DNA of 64,000 bases, from positions 25,261 to 89,260 of the IMG/VR virus record IMGVR_UViG_3300038465_000039; one strand, given 5' to 3'. Both the position numbers and the translations under genes were made by a program. Of this stretch, positions 9,909 to 19,408 are shown one piece after another (position 1 is the first letter of the stretch; every line of letters starts with the position of its first letter). The stretch comes from a virus. The notes under the pieces were generated by a model. It ran no database searches and was not told the DNA's origin. It saw nothing but the letters and a program-made list of their open reading frames with translations.

Positions 9909-10048
9909 CAGACGCTGCTGTTCCCCCGCGCCACGACGCTGCTGTTCCCCCACGCCACGACGCTGCAGCCGATCACGACGGCGATATTGCCAAGATTTAT
10001 GCAGGCGTCGAATTCAGCCTGACTGCGGACTTCGGTTCTCTTCTTCAT
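9908..10048 (-). CDS. 46-aa ORF ending in SVVA(W/R)GNS octapeptide repeats, possibly truncated
   Basis: Translated by hand: MKKRTEVRSQAEFDACINLGNIAVVIGCSVVAWGNSSVVARGNSSV*; 24-nt tandem repeat; TGATG coupling to the helicase. Confidence 0.55.
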   Translation of the reverse strand: MKKRTEVRSQAEFDACINLGNIAVVIGCSVVAWGNSSVVARGNSSV

Positions 10049-10068
10049 CGCATTTCTCCGTTCTGGTT

Positions 10069-11439
10069 TTACTGGTTTTTTAGCTTGAGCGCTCTCAACT
10101 TGGCTTCCTTGTCCTTGGTCAGTTCGTCGATCTGCTGCGGGGAAAGCAACTCATTCCGGTCGGCCCTGGTCGAGCCCCAAAGGTCGGTCACGGCCGCCTT
10201 GCTGGTGGCGGCGTCGAAGCTGTCCCTCATGAAGGTCATGTAGCCGGCAGCATCGTCGTAAGGTGTCTCGTCCGTCGTTTCGGTCTTTGCCGAGCCTGGG
10301 GAGGCCGTCTGTGCGGGTTCCTTCATGGCCGGGCTGTTGCGCCCGTCGTCCGGCGAGCCCTGTTCAGTGACTTCCGCAGCGGCTCCGGAGGCCTTGTCAC
10401 TTTTTGCCCCGTCGTTTGAGGCCGTTTCGGACCTTTCTTGCGCCATAGCTTGTGCGCCTTGCGTCACCTTGTCGGCGTTTCGTGCAATGGTCTCGCTGAT
10501 CCCGGAACTGATCGGGTCCGGCCCTGGCATAGCCTTCCGGAGGAATTCCTGTTCATCAATCGCCAGATCGGCAATTTTCCCGGTAGCGGGCCTTTCGGCC
10601 GGCGGGTCGTCTTTGCCGGGTCGATTATCCGTCGCCGGGTCGTCCTTGAGCGGGTTCTTGACCACGTCATGCGCCGGGCCTGGCTTGCCGAACAGGCTGT
10701 CGATCGTCTCGGTCCCGTCCCGAAGCGCCGTCCACATGCCGATCAGCCGCGGCATGTGCTCCAGCGTGATCGCCTCCTCGCCGGCGACATCGAGCGCTGC
10801 GAACACGCGGTCCGGCTCAACTCCCATCTTCTGGAACGCCTCGACCGATGAGCGGCGCCGGGTCGCCAAGGTCTTCTGGTCGCCCTGCAGCACCGCCAGC
10901 ACGCCTTTCCAGGCAGCACCCCAAATCGACTTCGGTACGGTCTTGAGGATGGCCTCGCGGCGCGCGATCGCCGCGCCAGCCGAAAAGGCTATATTCGTCA
11001 TGTCGGCGTTGAAGATGCCCTTGCGCCCGGTAATACTGCGGCGAACGGGAACGGTCTGGCCGTTGTTCATCTGCATGTCGATGCAGACGCCCTCGATGAT
11101 GACGGCCGCGCGCGCCGGATCCTTGGTGTCGAGCTCGACGAAGCGGGCGCCAGCGCGCATGTTGCCGTAGGACGCAAACACGAGCTCGGCGAAGCGCACA
11201 CTCGGTCCCACGATATCTTTGCCGGCGCGCGGGAGGGAATAGCAGCACTCGGCGGCGGTCTCCTCGTCCAGCGTGGCCCGGCTCATGATCTCGACCGAGA
11301 TCGCCTTGTCGGTGCGGCGCGGATAGCGCTTGGCGGTCGCGACCTGTTGGCTGATCTCGGCAGCGACGGCGCCGGACATCATTTCCACAGGCTCGTAGCC
11401 GGTGACTTCGCCTGTCTCGTTATCGATGATCTCGCTCAT
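10069..11439 (-). CDS. Conserved phage protein, candidate ssDNA-annealing recombinase
   Basis: QVATAKRYPR...YSLPRAG...GPSVRFAE core plus low-complexity tail; lies near a RecE-like nuclease and a helicase. Confidence 0.5.
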   Translation of the reverse strand: MSEIIDNETGEVTGYEPVEMMSGAVAAEISQQVATAKRYPRRTDKAISVEIMSRATLDEETAAECCYSLPRAGKDIVGPSVRFAELVFASYGNMRAGARFVELDTKDPARAAVIIEGVCIDMQMNNGQTVPVRRSITGRKGIFNADMTNIAFSAGAAIARREAILKTVPKSIWGAAWKGVLAVLQGDQKTLATRRRSSVEAFQKMGVEPDRVFAALDVAGEEAITLEHMPRLIGMWTALRDGTETIDSLFGKPGPAHDVVKNPLKDDPATDNRPGKDDPPAERPATGKIADLAIDEQEFLRKAMPGPDPISSGISETIARNADKVTQGAQAMAQERSETASNDGAKSDKASGAAAEVTEQGSPDDGRNSPAMKEPAQTASPGSAKTETTDETPYDDAAGYMTFMRDSFDAATSKAAVTDLWGSTRADRNELLSPQQIDELTKDKEAKLRALKLKNQ

Positions 11440-11452
11440 GGCTTGCTCGCTT

Positions 11453-11668
11453 TCAAAAGATTTGCATCAAAAGTTCCTCGCAGCCGAACACTTGCTCGGC
11501 TCCGCATGATTCGCATTCGTAATTTTGTGCGTCCGGTTCAACGCCATCGACCTCGAGGCCGCAGATCAGACAGAACCCGGGATTGTCGAGCGAGTTACCG
11601 CGGCGCTCGCATGCGGCGACGATAGCAGCGTCAGTGAGCATCGGGTGCCAAAGCTTCCGCGCAATCAT
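11453..11668 (-). CDS. Double zinc-ribbon protein
   Basis: GFCLICG...VEPDA...CESCG. Confidence 0.55.
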   Translation of the reverse strand: MIARKLWHPMLTDAAIVAACERRGNSLDNPGFCLICGLEVDGVEPDAQNYECESCGAEQVFGCEELLMQIF

Positions 11669-11829
11669 CCTGTTTTCCTTTCGGGTGTGTCACGTCTTCG
11701 GCGCGCGCCATGCACTCGCTGACCTGCTTGTGATGTCGGCTGGCGAATTCCTTGCGTGCGGCAAGCTGCTCATGGCCTGGATGTATTCCTGCGGCACGTC
11801 GACGTGCCAGCACTGATAGGTGTATGTGC

Positions 11830-12120
11830 TCATGACGAACACCACGCGCCGATCATCCAGTGAGCGACTCCGTCCTTTAGGAAGGTGACCACTTTCGCGT
11901 CCTCCCACTTGTTGCAATTTTCGTCCAGCCACGCACGCGCGTCGGTATCACGGTCGAAGGTTTTGTCAGCAAATGAGAGGCCAGTAGCCATTCCAAAGCC
12001 GCCGGAATAGGAATGGCCATTTTCGTACCGATCCTCGTCCTGAGCTTTCGCGAAGGCTTCTTTCACCTCGTTGCGAGTCAGTGTGCCGACGAGCACCATT
12101 TCTTGAAACTCGGCTCCCAT
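11830..12120 (-). CDS. Hypothetical phage protein
   Basis: Adjacent to the upstream ORF; ENGHSYSG motif. Confidence 0.6.
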   Translation of the reverse strand: MGAEFQEMVLVGTLTRNEVKEAFAKAQDEDRYENGHSYSGGFGMATGLSFADKTFDRDTDARAWLDENCNKWEDAKVVTFLKDGVAHWMIGAWCSS

Positions 12121-12121
12121 C

Positions 12122-12568
12122 TTACTGCCCCCTCGTCAGCTTCTTGAGGTTCTTGCGAACCTGCGCGTCATGCTTCTTTGTTGGGGCCTTGATCACCTTG
12201 AGAACATCAGGATCAATAAAGTCCTCCCAAAACGGCATTGAGTTTCCGCCGCTGTATGGCGGAACCTCCTGCAGCTTCGCCATCTCGGTCCAGACCCGCA
12301 GATAGGAGTCGTGAAGCGCCTTATCCGCCACGCTGGATTTGAAATTGTCATAGGTGATCCGATCGACCTCACCGCAGAGCGCAGCCTTCACGGCCTCGCG
12401 CTTCACAGGGGCTCGATAGAGATAGTCGGACTTCGTGTAGCGAGAGACCTTGGCGCCAGGGAATATCTTTTCGATATCACCCTTTCTGCGCGCCCGGATC
12501 ATCAGTTCATCGCGAGCACAGTCCTTGCTCACCACTGATAAGAAAAAATCGTTTCCGCAGATCCACAC
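12122..12568 (-). CDS. Hypothetical phage protein
   Basis: RBS GGAGGA, GTG start; first gene after the promoter at 12596-12633. Confidence 0.7.
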   Translation of the reverse strand: MWICGNDFFLSVVSKDCARDELMIRARRKGDIEKIFPGAKVSRYTKSDYLYRAPVKREAVKAALCGEVDRITYDNFKSSVADKALHDSYLRVWTEMAKLQEVPPYSGGNSMPFWEDFIDPDVLKVIKAPTKKHDAQVRKNLKKLTRGQ

Positions 12569-12595
12569 GAGCGTCTTCCTCCGCTTTGTGTTGCA

Positions 12596-12633
12596 CTAAA
12601 CTATTAGTATAGATGATTTGCCCCGACATCAAG
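12596..12633 (-). promoter_or_regulatory. Promoter with palindromic operator
   Basis: TTGATG...TATACT (15-nt spacer, short); CTAAACT-ATT-AGTATAG at 12596-12612, identical to 38714-38730. Confidence 0.65.
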
Positions 12634-12634
12634 C

Positions 12635-12979
12635 CTAAAACGGGATCAAATCGATGTATTTTTCGGCCGCAGCCATGGCGAGGCCCAACCGTGGCGTTGC
12701 CGCGTTGAACTGGCTCAAGGTCTTGGCCCGCAGTATGTTTTCGCAGGCCCTGTATAAGTCGGTCAACGGTACGGACGATTCCTGATCTTTCCGCCTCAAT
12801 ATCTCCAGATCGTTCGTTGCCGTCGTCAGTCGCTGATTGGCTTTTCCTAACTCAAGCCGCATCTCGGCAAGAAGCCTGCCGGTCTGGGCGGCCAGGTTCT
12901 CAGCCTCAGTCGTTTTGATGTGCGCAGCCGATTCGATGGAATCAATGAGTCGCTGCAGAACAATCTTTTTCATGGACAT
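12635..12979 (-). CDS. Coiled-coil hypothetical protein
   Basis: Heptad-like composition; coupled to the upstream ORF. Confidence 0.55.
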   Translation of the reverse strand: MSMKKIVLQRLIDSIESAAHIKTTEAENLAAQTGRLLAEMRLELGKANQRLTTATNDLEILRRKDQESSVPLTDLYRACENILRAKTLSQFNAATPRLGLAMAAAEKYIDLIPF

Positions 12980-13338
12980 TATCCGTGCTCCTGGTTCTGG
13001 CGCTTCTTACGTCGGGCCAGCGCCGCCTTCCCTATCTTCGCCGCCATGTCGATACCGGCCGTCGAATGCTGTGCGAGCATCCGGATGCCGCGCGTGATCG
13101 CCTCCGCCATGTCGGCTTCCGTGCCGGCGCAGGCCGAGCACAGCGGCGGCGTCGCGCCTTCAACCTTGACCCATGAGCACGTCAGCGGCGTCTTTCGGCC
13201 GCCGTCTTTCGGCATCAGGCAGGCGTTGTGTTCCGTGCATTTGCAGACACGGCAAGCCGGGCCGTCGTTCTTCAAGGGCTTGTGGACCGGGGGCATCAGC
13301 GTTCCCCCACTGTTGCCACGGGTTGCCGTCGCAGGCAT
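12979..13338 (-). CDS. Cys-rich zinc-binding protein
   Basis: CRVCKCTEHNAC...CSWV...LCSAC. Confidence 0.6.
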   Translation of the reverse strand: MPATATRGNSGGTLMPPVHKPLKNDGPACRVCKCTEHNACLMPKDGGRKTPLTCSWVKVEGATPPLCSACAGTEADMAEAITRGIRMLAQHSTAGIDMAAKIGKAALARRKKRQNQEHG

Positions 13339-13595
13339 TCGTCGAACCTTGACAGGATAGCCCGGCGCATCTGCTTATTCAGCGGCTGGATAGCAAAAAA
13401 CGCCGCCGCCGATACCAGGACAACGTCGAACAGTTCTTCGGCGTCGGGTGCTGTTAGAGCATTGATCGCGGCATCAATTCCTTCGCTGATCTTGCTTGCC
13501 GCATGTTGGACCGCAGGACTAACCGGGCGATCGAACGTGAATTTGGTAATTGATCTATCCATTTTGCGATCTTCCTCACGATGCCAAAGGATTTC

Positions 13596-13632
13596 AAAAA
13601 AGAGCCGGGGACCCATTCGCGGCGTCCCCGGC
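13596..13632 (-). terminator. Intrinsic terminator
   Basis: GCCGGGGAC...GTCCCCGGCTCTTTTTT on the minus strand after the nuclease gene. Confidence 0.7.
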
Positions 13633-13675
13633 AGTTGCCGCCTTGGCCGTGCGGGCCTTCGACGGTCGCGGAAGT

Positions 13676-14668
13676 TCAGCGCGCCCTCGGCGACAACTTG
13701 CCGAACGCATATGGTAGTTGCGCGATATCGAGCTCGGTCACTTCGTGACCGGGCAGCCATCGATCAGTACCGTGCTTTTCCTTCGCCATTTTGTAGAGGC
13801 TGATGGCGATATCGATGTCCTGGCGCGCGCCTTCGAGAATCGGATTACCCGGTGACAGCACGCACGACCACGCATCCGGAGCGCCCTTCTTTGGAATGAA
13901 AACCAGTTGGAAGGCGAAGGTCTTTTGACCGACGCATCGAGCGAGGAAGCTGAGAAGTTGGTCGGCACCCTCAGTCTCCGGTCCAACGATTTCACCGTCG
14001 CCCATAAAAACAAAACCCGCATCAAGTAACGCCGGCATTTGGCGGCGCCCCTCCATGTAGTGCTCGGCCGGAATGTCGTAGCGATAGGTCGAGATATCGA
14101 GGAGGCATGCCTGATCGAGCGGCCGTTCCCGCTCGTTGGCGATTGTCTTGATATCTCCGATGCCTTTGATCTTCAGTTTGTCGAGCCGTGCCTTGCAGCG
14201 GACGCCATCCTTGCGCGTCCAGAAGATCGAGACTTCGGACAGGCCGTTGTCGAGACAGCCCTTGAGTTCGGGGTCGGCATCGAGAACCTGCTTGCAGCCG
14301 AGAACGAAATCATAATCTTCTTGTGCGAGGAGTTCCTGATCTTCCATCAGCTTTGCCTTCGCGGCCTTGGTAAGCTGCGCTTTTTCAGGCGGTGTTAAAT
14401 CGTCGTCCGGTCCGTAAGGACCGCGGACATATTCGGCCGAGAATAGATCAAACCCATCGAGCAAAAGTCGATGTGTCGCTTGGCCCAGGATCAGCGATGG
14501 AGTTTTCTTCTCCTTCGGCCGCTTCGGGTTCATGGCCGACTTGTGCCAGAACAGGTTCGGGCCCTTGAGCAAATCGCGGATGTTGCTCGATCCGAGCGAG
14601 TCGTCAGCATGATAGCGTTCGGAACTGAGACCGATATAGATCCCGTCTGCAAGTTGGGTCTTCGCCAT
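13676..14668 (-). CDS. PD-(D/E)XK exonuclease (DUF3799, RecE/ExoVIII-like)
   Basis: YHADDSLGSSNI, LGQATH, EVSIFW...CKARLD...DIKT. Confidence 0.85.
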   Translation of the reverse strand: MAKTQLADGIYIGLSSERYHADDSLGSSNIRDLLKGPNLFWHKSAMNPKRPKEKKTPSLILGQATHRLLLDGFDLFSAEYVRGPYGPDDDLTPPEKAQLTKAAKAKLMEDQELLAQEDYDFVLGCKQVLDADPELKGCLDNGLSEVSIFWTRKDGVRCKARLDKLKIKGIGDIKTIANERERPLDQACLLDISTYRYDIPAEHYMEGRRQMPALLDAGFVFMGDGEIVGPETEGADQLLSFLARCVGQKTFAFQLVFIPKKGAPDAWSCVLSPGNPILEGARQDIDIAISLYKMAKEKHGTDRWLPGHEVTELDIAQLPYAFGKLSPRAR

Positions 14669-14700
14669 GGCTTCCTCCATTGGGCGGTTACGATTGACGC

Positions 14701-14730
14701 AGGATATACTTATAGGTTAGTCCGTTCAAG
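14701..14730 (-). promoter_or_regulatory. Promoter with operator in the spacer
   Basis: TTGAAC-N17-TATCCT; ATATACT-TAT-AGGTTAG at 14704-14720. Confidence 0.7.
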
Positions 14731-14980
14731 CCCCGTCCGGGACAGGTTCCAACATTTCTCGGGAGGCCCAAAACTCCCGACCGTCCTCGAATCGAATCTT
14801 GCATAGAGCAACGCCGTCGCTTCGGTCTTCCGGTTGAACTGAAAAATCGGTCAACAGCCTGCATCGCTTCCCGATGTAACGATCTCCAAAGAATAAAGCC
14901 ATTTGATATGGCGCATAGATGCAAACCGCCTGATCGCCGGCGCGCGGATCGAAGTCATCTTCGGGTTTGAGTGCGGTCAT
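14726..14980 (-). CDS. Hypothetical protein
   Basis: ATGA-coupled ORF in the early operon. Confidence 0.45.
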   Translation of the reverse strand: MTALKPEDDFDPRAGDQAVCIYAPYQMALFFGDRYIGKRCRLLTDFSVQPEDRSDGVALCKIRFEDGREFWASREMLEPVPDGA

Positions 14981-15110
14981 TTTTTCTCTCGAATTTTTCT
15001 TAATCGATTTTCAAGCTTGGCCTTTTCTCGTTCCAGTCTTCGTATCTGACGAGTGACAGCAATAATTTCCTTGAGAAGGTACTGTACAAAAACCAGAGAA
15101 TTATCCGGCT

Positions 15111-15584
15111 TCATGTCAGCGGATCCCATCGGATCAGGACACCCTCGAACTTGTCGACGCCGGGATGCTCGTCGCGCCAGAACGCTTTCATCTCGTCCCA
15201 TGTCTCGAAACCATCGGCCTGCGCGAACAAGTGGAGGCGTTCGTCGTAAAAACAATTCTCGGCCACTTTGCCGCCGCCGACGATGGCGCTACCCCAAAAG
15301 ATAAACTCCAGCTTAACAGGCAGCGCAGAAGTGCACCGACCGTCCCCGATCTTGAAGCACTGCTTGGTCCGCATGCCGTGATAGAGTTGCACGGTCTCGC
15401 CGACGCGCGCATGCCGGCGTTTGCCGATCGCGCGGATGGTCTGACGCTTTGGCCAGATCTTAGGACCGATGCGATATCCTGCTGGCGCGGTTGGATCATC
15501 GACGATCTTGGGTTCGACCGGCAAGATTCCGAGGCCGACCCTGATCGGGTCGACGAAACGCTTTTTGAATGAATAAGCTGTCAT
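15111..15584 (-). CDS. ASCH/PUA-like domain protein
   Basis: YSFKKRF...KRQTIR...VQLYHGMRTK...FAQADGF. Confidence 0.7.
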   Translation of the reverse strand: MTAYSFKKRFVDPIRVGLGILPVEPKIVDDPTAPAGYRIGPKIWPKRQTIRAIGKRRHARVGETVQLYHGMRTKQCFKIGDGRCTSALPVKLEFIFWGSAIVGGGKVAENCFYDERLHLFAQADGFETWDEMKAFWRDEHPGVDKFEGVLIRWDPLT

Positions 15585-16007
15585 TTGTACGGCGGCCTCA
15601 GATGCGATGTATCCGGCTCGGCAACAACTTCCGGCTCCCACTCCATCCCAAGTGCCTTGATGATTTCGAGAAGCCGTAGGATGGTTTCGTTTCCTTCGGG
15701 GCCATTGTACACGCCGTCGCGCGCGTAGCGCTCAATCGTCGGAAGCGTATCGGGCTCGCTAGGGTTCGGCGCGTAAAACTGGTAATCGCGTATCCCGTTC
15801 AGGATTTCGTGGATATCGGTTGCCATCAGAACAATCTCCCCTGTGATTCGATCGCTCGCAATTCCTGCAGCAACTCCTCGCGGTTCCGAAGTATCTCCAG
15901 AGCCCACTTCAGCGAAGTCGGGACAAGAACGTCCAGCGCGTCGAGCGCTGACCGCAAGGTGTCCGCGGTCTCGTTGTCGGCGAGCAGTTGCTGTCGATCG
16001 CGCGGCA

Positions 16008-16499
16008 TCAAATGCCTCGCCGAGTTAGGCCGTAAAAACCGGCAAGTGTATCCAGGTCGGCACCGGTATTGGTCGCCGCGAGATCATGATGCTCGATCTT
16101 CAACTTCTCCTGCTGAAGCCGCTCGCGAAGATCCGAGTCGGGTTCCGGCGGCTCACGCACGATTTCCGGACCGACCTGCATCACGTCAACAAAGTGGTGG
16201 CCGTCCGCAGATGCGCGACCGATGAAGTCCCAGGTGTGCGCCGCTGATGCGTCTCCGCACTGGCCGGTGTATCGCGCGGGCTGCCATTCGGTCTCTGGCG
16301 TCATGGCCTCGCGCTCGGAGTCAGCCACGACGCGAACCCAATAGAAGGCGCCGGCGCGTAGCGTCGGTTTGCCGCGCACGGTATTAAATAGTTCGACGCG
16401 TTCAAGTGTTGGCAGCGGACTAACCGGAAAGCCGGCTTGCTCCTCGTCGCGCTTGACGAAAAATTCTCCGATGCTGTTGCCGTCACCATAAATTCCCAT
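16008..16499 (-). CDS. Hypothetical protein with C-terminal baseplate-J-like motif
   Basis: RBS AAGGAGG; ends TGADLDTLAGFYGLTRR. Confidence 0.55.
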   Translation of the reverse strand: MGIYGDGNSIGEFFVKRDEEQAGFPVSPLPTLERVELFNTVRGKPTLRAGAFYWVRVVADSEREAMTPETEWQPARYTGQCGDASAAHTWDFIGRASADGHHFVDVMQVGPEIVREPPEPDSDLRERLQQEKLKIEHHDLAATNTGADLDTLAGFYGLTRRGI

Positions 16500-16757
16500 G
16501 GTTGCCTCCTTTGGCGCGGCGAACGATGGAGACGGACACCGATCGCGATTGCAGATTTTGGCTAACAACCACTTCAACATCTTCGACATCTAGAATTGGG
16601 ACTTGAAGGTTGTCCAGAACGTAACCGCCGCAGGCATAGAGATCGTAGATTGTGCCCTGAATGGCTGACTTGAGCCTGAATTCGGTTACTTGGGTTAACG
16701 GCTCACAGATGAAGCTGTCTGCGATGCGGTAGACCTCTGTCCAAAATTCGTCTGTCG

Positions 16758-16976
16758 TCATGGGATCAGATCCAGCGTCTTGCACTTCAGCGCCTCGGCG
16801 ATCTTGACCAGCTTCACCAGCGTGATCGAGCTCTGACCGGATTCGTATTTCGAAACCTGCATCGGCCCGACGTCGATCACTTCGCCGAGTTCGGGCTGGC
16901 TCATGCCGATCTTCTCCCGGCGCGCGCGGATACGCGCTCCGATCGCTTCATCGGTGACGGGTTTTTTCCGGGTCAT
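16758..16976 (-). CDS. XRE-family HTH regulator
   Basis: IGARIRARREKIGMSQPELG...VSKYESG...KIAEAL. Confidence 0.9.
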   Translation of the reverse strand: MTRKKPVTDEAIGARIRARREKIGMSQPELGEVIDVGPMQVSKYESGQSSITLVKLVKIAEALKCKTLDLIP

Positions 16977-17308
16977 TCCTTCTCCTCGCATACGGCTGGC
17001 GGCAGGATAACGTATAGGTCGATACCGGCCATTTCCAAATTCAAAGCTTCTGCGATCATCGTGTCCATCACGAATCCGGCCGGCGGCCGCGGCGGCCATT
17101 TCTCATAAATCCGTTTCATGGACTCGTCTACGGTCTCGGCAGGATAGTGCACCATCGCGCGGTAGTGATCGCGATTTTGGATGATGACTTTAACAGCCGC
17201 GCACCAGCCGCGCTTGAACTCGGGAGACTCTTCTCTGAAGTAGTGCTCTTGGCAAAACGCTGCCGTCGAAACAAACAGCAGTGCTCCCGTGATGATTGCT
17301 CGCATCAT
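16973..17308 (-). CDS. Hypothetical protein with signal peptide
   Basis: MRAIITGALLFVSTAAFC N-terminus. Confidence 0.55.
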   Translation of the reverse strand: MMRAIITGALLFVSTAAFCQEHYFREESPEFKRGWCAAVKVIIQNRDHYRAMVHYPAETVDESMKRIYEKWPPRPPAGFVMDTMIAEALNLEMAGIDLYVILPPAVCEEKE

Positions 17309-17550
17309 GTCGATTTCCTTTTTTCAAGATCTTCCTTGATCTCGGTCCGCAATTTCTGCACCACGGAATTGAAAAGTCGGAGTCGATGCTCCGGTTTGAT
17401 GGCCGCCATCACCAGTGATTTGAACAGCAGGATTGAGGCTTCAAGCCTGACTTCCTCTGGGACGCCAGCCATGGTCGTGAACATCACGGAAGCTGCCTGC
17501 TTTGCCATCGCCATCTTGACGGGAACTGTTAGGGGATCAACCACTGGCAC
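17305..17550 (-). CDS. Hypothetical protein
   Basis: Coupled small ORF. Confidence 0.5.
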   Translation of the reverse strand: MPVVDPLTVPVKMAMAKQAASVMFTTMAGVPEEVRLEASILLFKSLVMAAIKPEHRLRLFNSVVQKLRTEIKEDLEKRKST

Positions 17551-17554
17551 CTCT

Positions 17555-17746
17555 TCAGTTCATTTCACCGGCCACACTCTTGCGTAGCGTGTTGCAGAAC
17601 GTCTCGACCATCTCGGCACGCTCTTCCTCGCCGATACCGGAGATCAGTGCGGTCACAAGAATGCCTACCGCGACGATCTCTGTTCGGCGTTCGGCGTCCC
17701 GCGGTAGCGCATCCGCGAGCGCCATAGCGATTTCGTTGTGGTCCAT
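17555..17746 (-). CDS. Hypothetical protein
   Basis: AAGGAAG RBS before MDHNEI; downstream of the putative promoter/operator at 17796-17819. Confidence 0.5.
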   Translation of the reverse strand: MDHNEIAMALADALPRDAERRTEIVAVGILVTALISGIGEEERAEMVETFCNTLRKSVAGEMN

Positions 17747-17833
17747 GGCAGCTTCCTTGAGAAGCCACCGCATAGGCCTGAGTCGCGAGGATCGGACAAT
17801 CTGAGAGTTTAGTTATCAACCGGATGTCCACCG

Positions 17834-18269
17834 TCATCTTGTGCGTGCCGCGCCGATGATAGCCTGCTCGATCGCGACCGCGATGGCGGGCGATCGACGC
17901 TGTGTTGCTTACCATGTCAGCGCATTTGATCGACTGTGCTTCGGCGCCGGCTTTTGCCAGCCGGTCCAAGTTCATCCGGTTGCGTTGTAGGCGGTTGGTG
18001 CGGTTCGATGTCGGCTCATCGGTCAGATCGCGAACGATGTCGGCGATGTCCTTTCCAAACTCCATAACCAACTGTTCGTGAGTAACCGGCTGGTCCTCGA
18101 CCGTGTCGTGCAGGTAGGCTGCGGCACAAGCGCGCTTGCTCAGGCCATAGCGCGCGCAAAGCTTTGCCACTTCATCGAGGTGGACAAAATACGGCTCGCC
18201 GGTGTACTTGCGCACTTGACCCCTGTGTGCACGCTCGGCGAACTTGCGGGCTTTGTCGACGATGTTCAT
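17834..18269 (-). pseudogene. HD-domain (SpoT/Mesh1-like) hydrolase with apparent frame disruption near 17885
   Basis: FAERAHRGQVRKYTGEPYFVH, LHDTVED, IKCADMVSN; after IARH the frame turns implausible while another frame gives AIAVAIEQAIIGAARTR*. Confidence 0.65.
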
Positions 18270-18503
18270 GCCTCTGTGATCCCCAGCACTTCGAGATAAA
18301 GCCGCGTCAGCTTGTCGTAAGCGCCCGCGCGCGCCCGGTTCGTCATGCGAAGCTTGCCGTCGGGGCCGTTCTCGCCGCGGGCGATGGCATCGTCGGTCAT
18401 CTTTGGCGGTGCCGGCGCCGCATTCGGCGTCCAGCTTCTTGCGGTAGATCGCCTCGGAAACGTCGCGGACCTGTTCAGGCGTATGTTTTGGTTTGTCGGC
18501 CAC
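18266..18503 (-). pseudogene. Small hypothetical gene with frameshift near 18402
   Basis: MADKPKHTPEQV...GTAK then a shifted frame MTDDAIAR...LGITEA* that ends in an ATGA overlap with the HD start. Confidence 0.5.
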
Positions 18504-18834
18504 GCGCAGCCCTCCGTTTGGCGGCATCAAGCCGCGATTGAAATTCCGCCAGCCGGTCGGCGTGAGAGTCGAAGTAGCGAAAGATGACGCCGACAGGCCG
18601 CATCTGTCGGATCAACTCGCGGCACATGAAGTCATTCACACCGATCACATCGTAGGCCATCAGCGCGCCGGGGTGTGGGACGAATTCCCCTCCGCACGCT
18701 TCGCAAAACGTCCGCAAGACGCTCTCTGATACGGAGCGATGGACGGTTTGAAGGAAAAAATCTGCATCAGATTCCTCTTCAGCAGTTAGCTTGCCGTAAC
18801 GGCCTAACACACGATCCTCAAAAGACAGGTTCAC
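18475..18834 (-). CDS. Hypothetical protein
   Basis: GGGAG RBS, GTG start. Confidence 0.45.
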   Translation of the reverse strand: MNLSFEDRVLGRYGKLTAEEESDADFFLQTVHRSVSESVLRTFCEACGGEFVPHPGALMAYDVIGVNDFMCRELIRQMRPVGVIFRYFDSHADRLAEFQSRLDAAKRRAARGRQTKTYA

Positions 18835-19167
18835 CGCAGCGCTCCCATTACGATCGCGCCGAGAAACAAGATCGACGCATAAGCAACAACAGCGCAGAAT
18901 ATCCTAAGGCAATTCTGTACGCGGCCGAGCGCCATGTCGATTTTGACTATCAAATCCAGAACCGGACTCATCGCCGCTTTCCTTTACGTGCTTTTTTCTT
19001 TGCCACCTTTGCGACCTCGTTGCGTAGTTGATCGACAGTCGGTCTCTCCGGTGTCCGTGCACGCTTGGCGCCCGGCCCTTTGGTATTGTAGCGGATCAGC
19101 TTCAGCCGCTCGATGTCGGCAAGCTTGCTAGGTTTCTTCGGTTCTTCCTTTACCACTGCGATCTCCT

Positions 19168-19404
19168 TCACAGGTCGCGGGGACGACGCTTCGGATGGCG
19201 GGGAGCGTGGTCGGCAATGATCTGGCGAACGCGTTCTCTGGTCACCCCCATGGCGTTGGCTATCTCCTCTAGGGTGTAGCCCGCGTGATGCTTTCGCCAA
19301 CTGATGGCGTAGTTCCACCGCCACCGAATACGCTCTTCTCGACCGGTCCCTTCGACAAGGGGCAAGCATACTTCGGGGATAGTCCGCGTTTTCTTCGCCG
19401 CCAT
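19168..19404 (-). CDS. Sigma70 region-4-type HTH protein, candidate repressor
   Basis: GYTLEEIANAMGVTRERVRQI; first gene of the leftward operon with an operator directly before its ATG. Confidence 0.8.
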   Translation of the reverse strand: MAAKKTRTIPEVCLPLVEGTGREERIRWRWNYAISWRKHHAGYTLEEIANAMGVTRERVRQIIADHAPRHPKRRPRDL

Positions 19405-19408
19405 CGGT

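Noticed and set aside
9911-9966. 24-nt tandem repeat as a CRISPR array
   Set aside because: No spacers; it encodes an in-frame peptide repeat and no cas genes are present
17565-18530. 321-aa ORF-track protein as one HD fusion
   Set aside because: Both extensions read as off-frame sequence, cross a promoter-like site and overlap better ORFs
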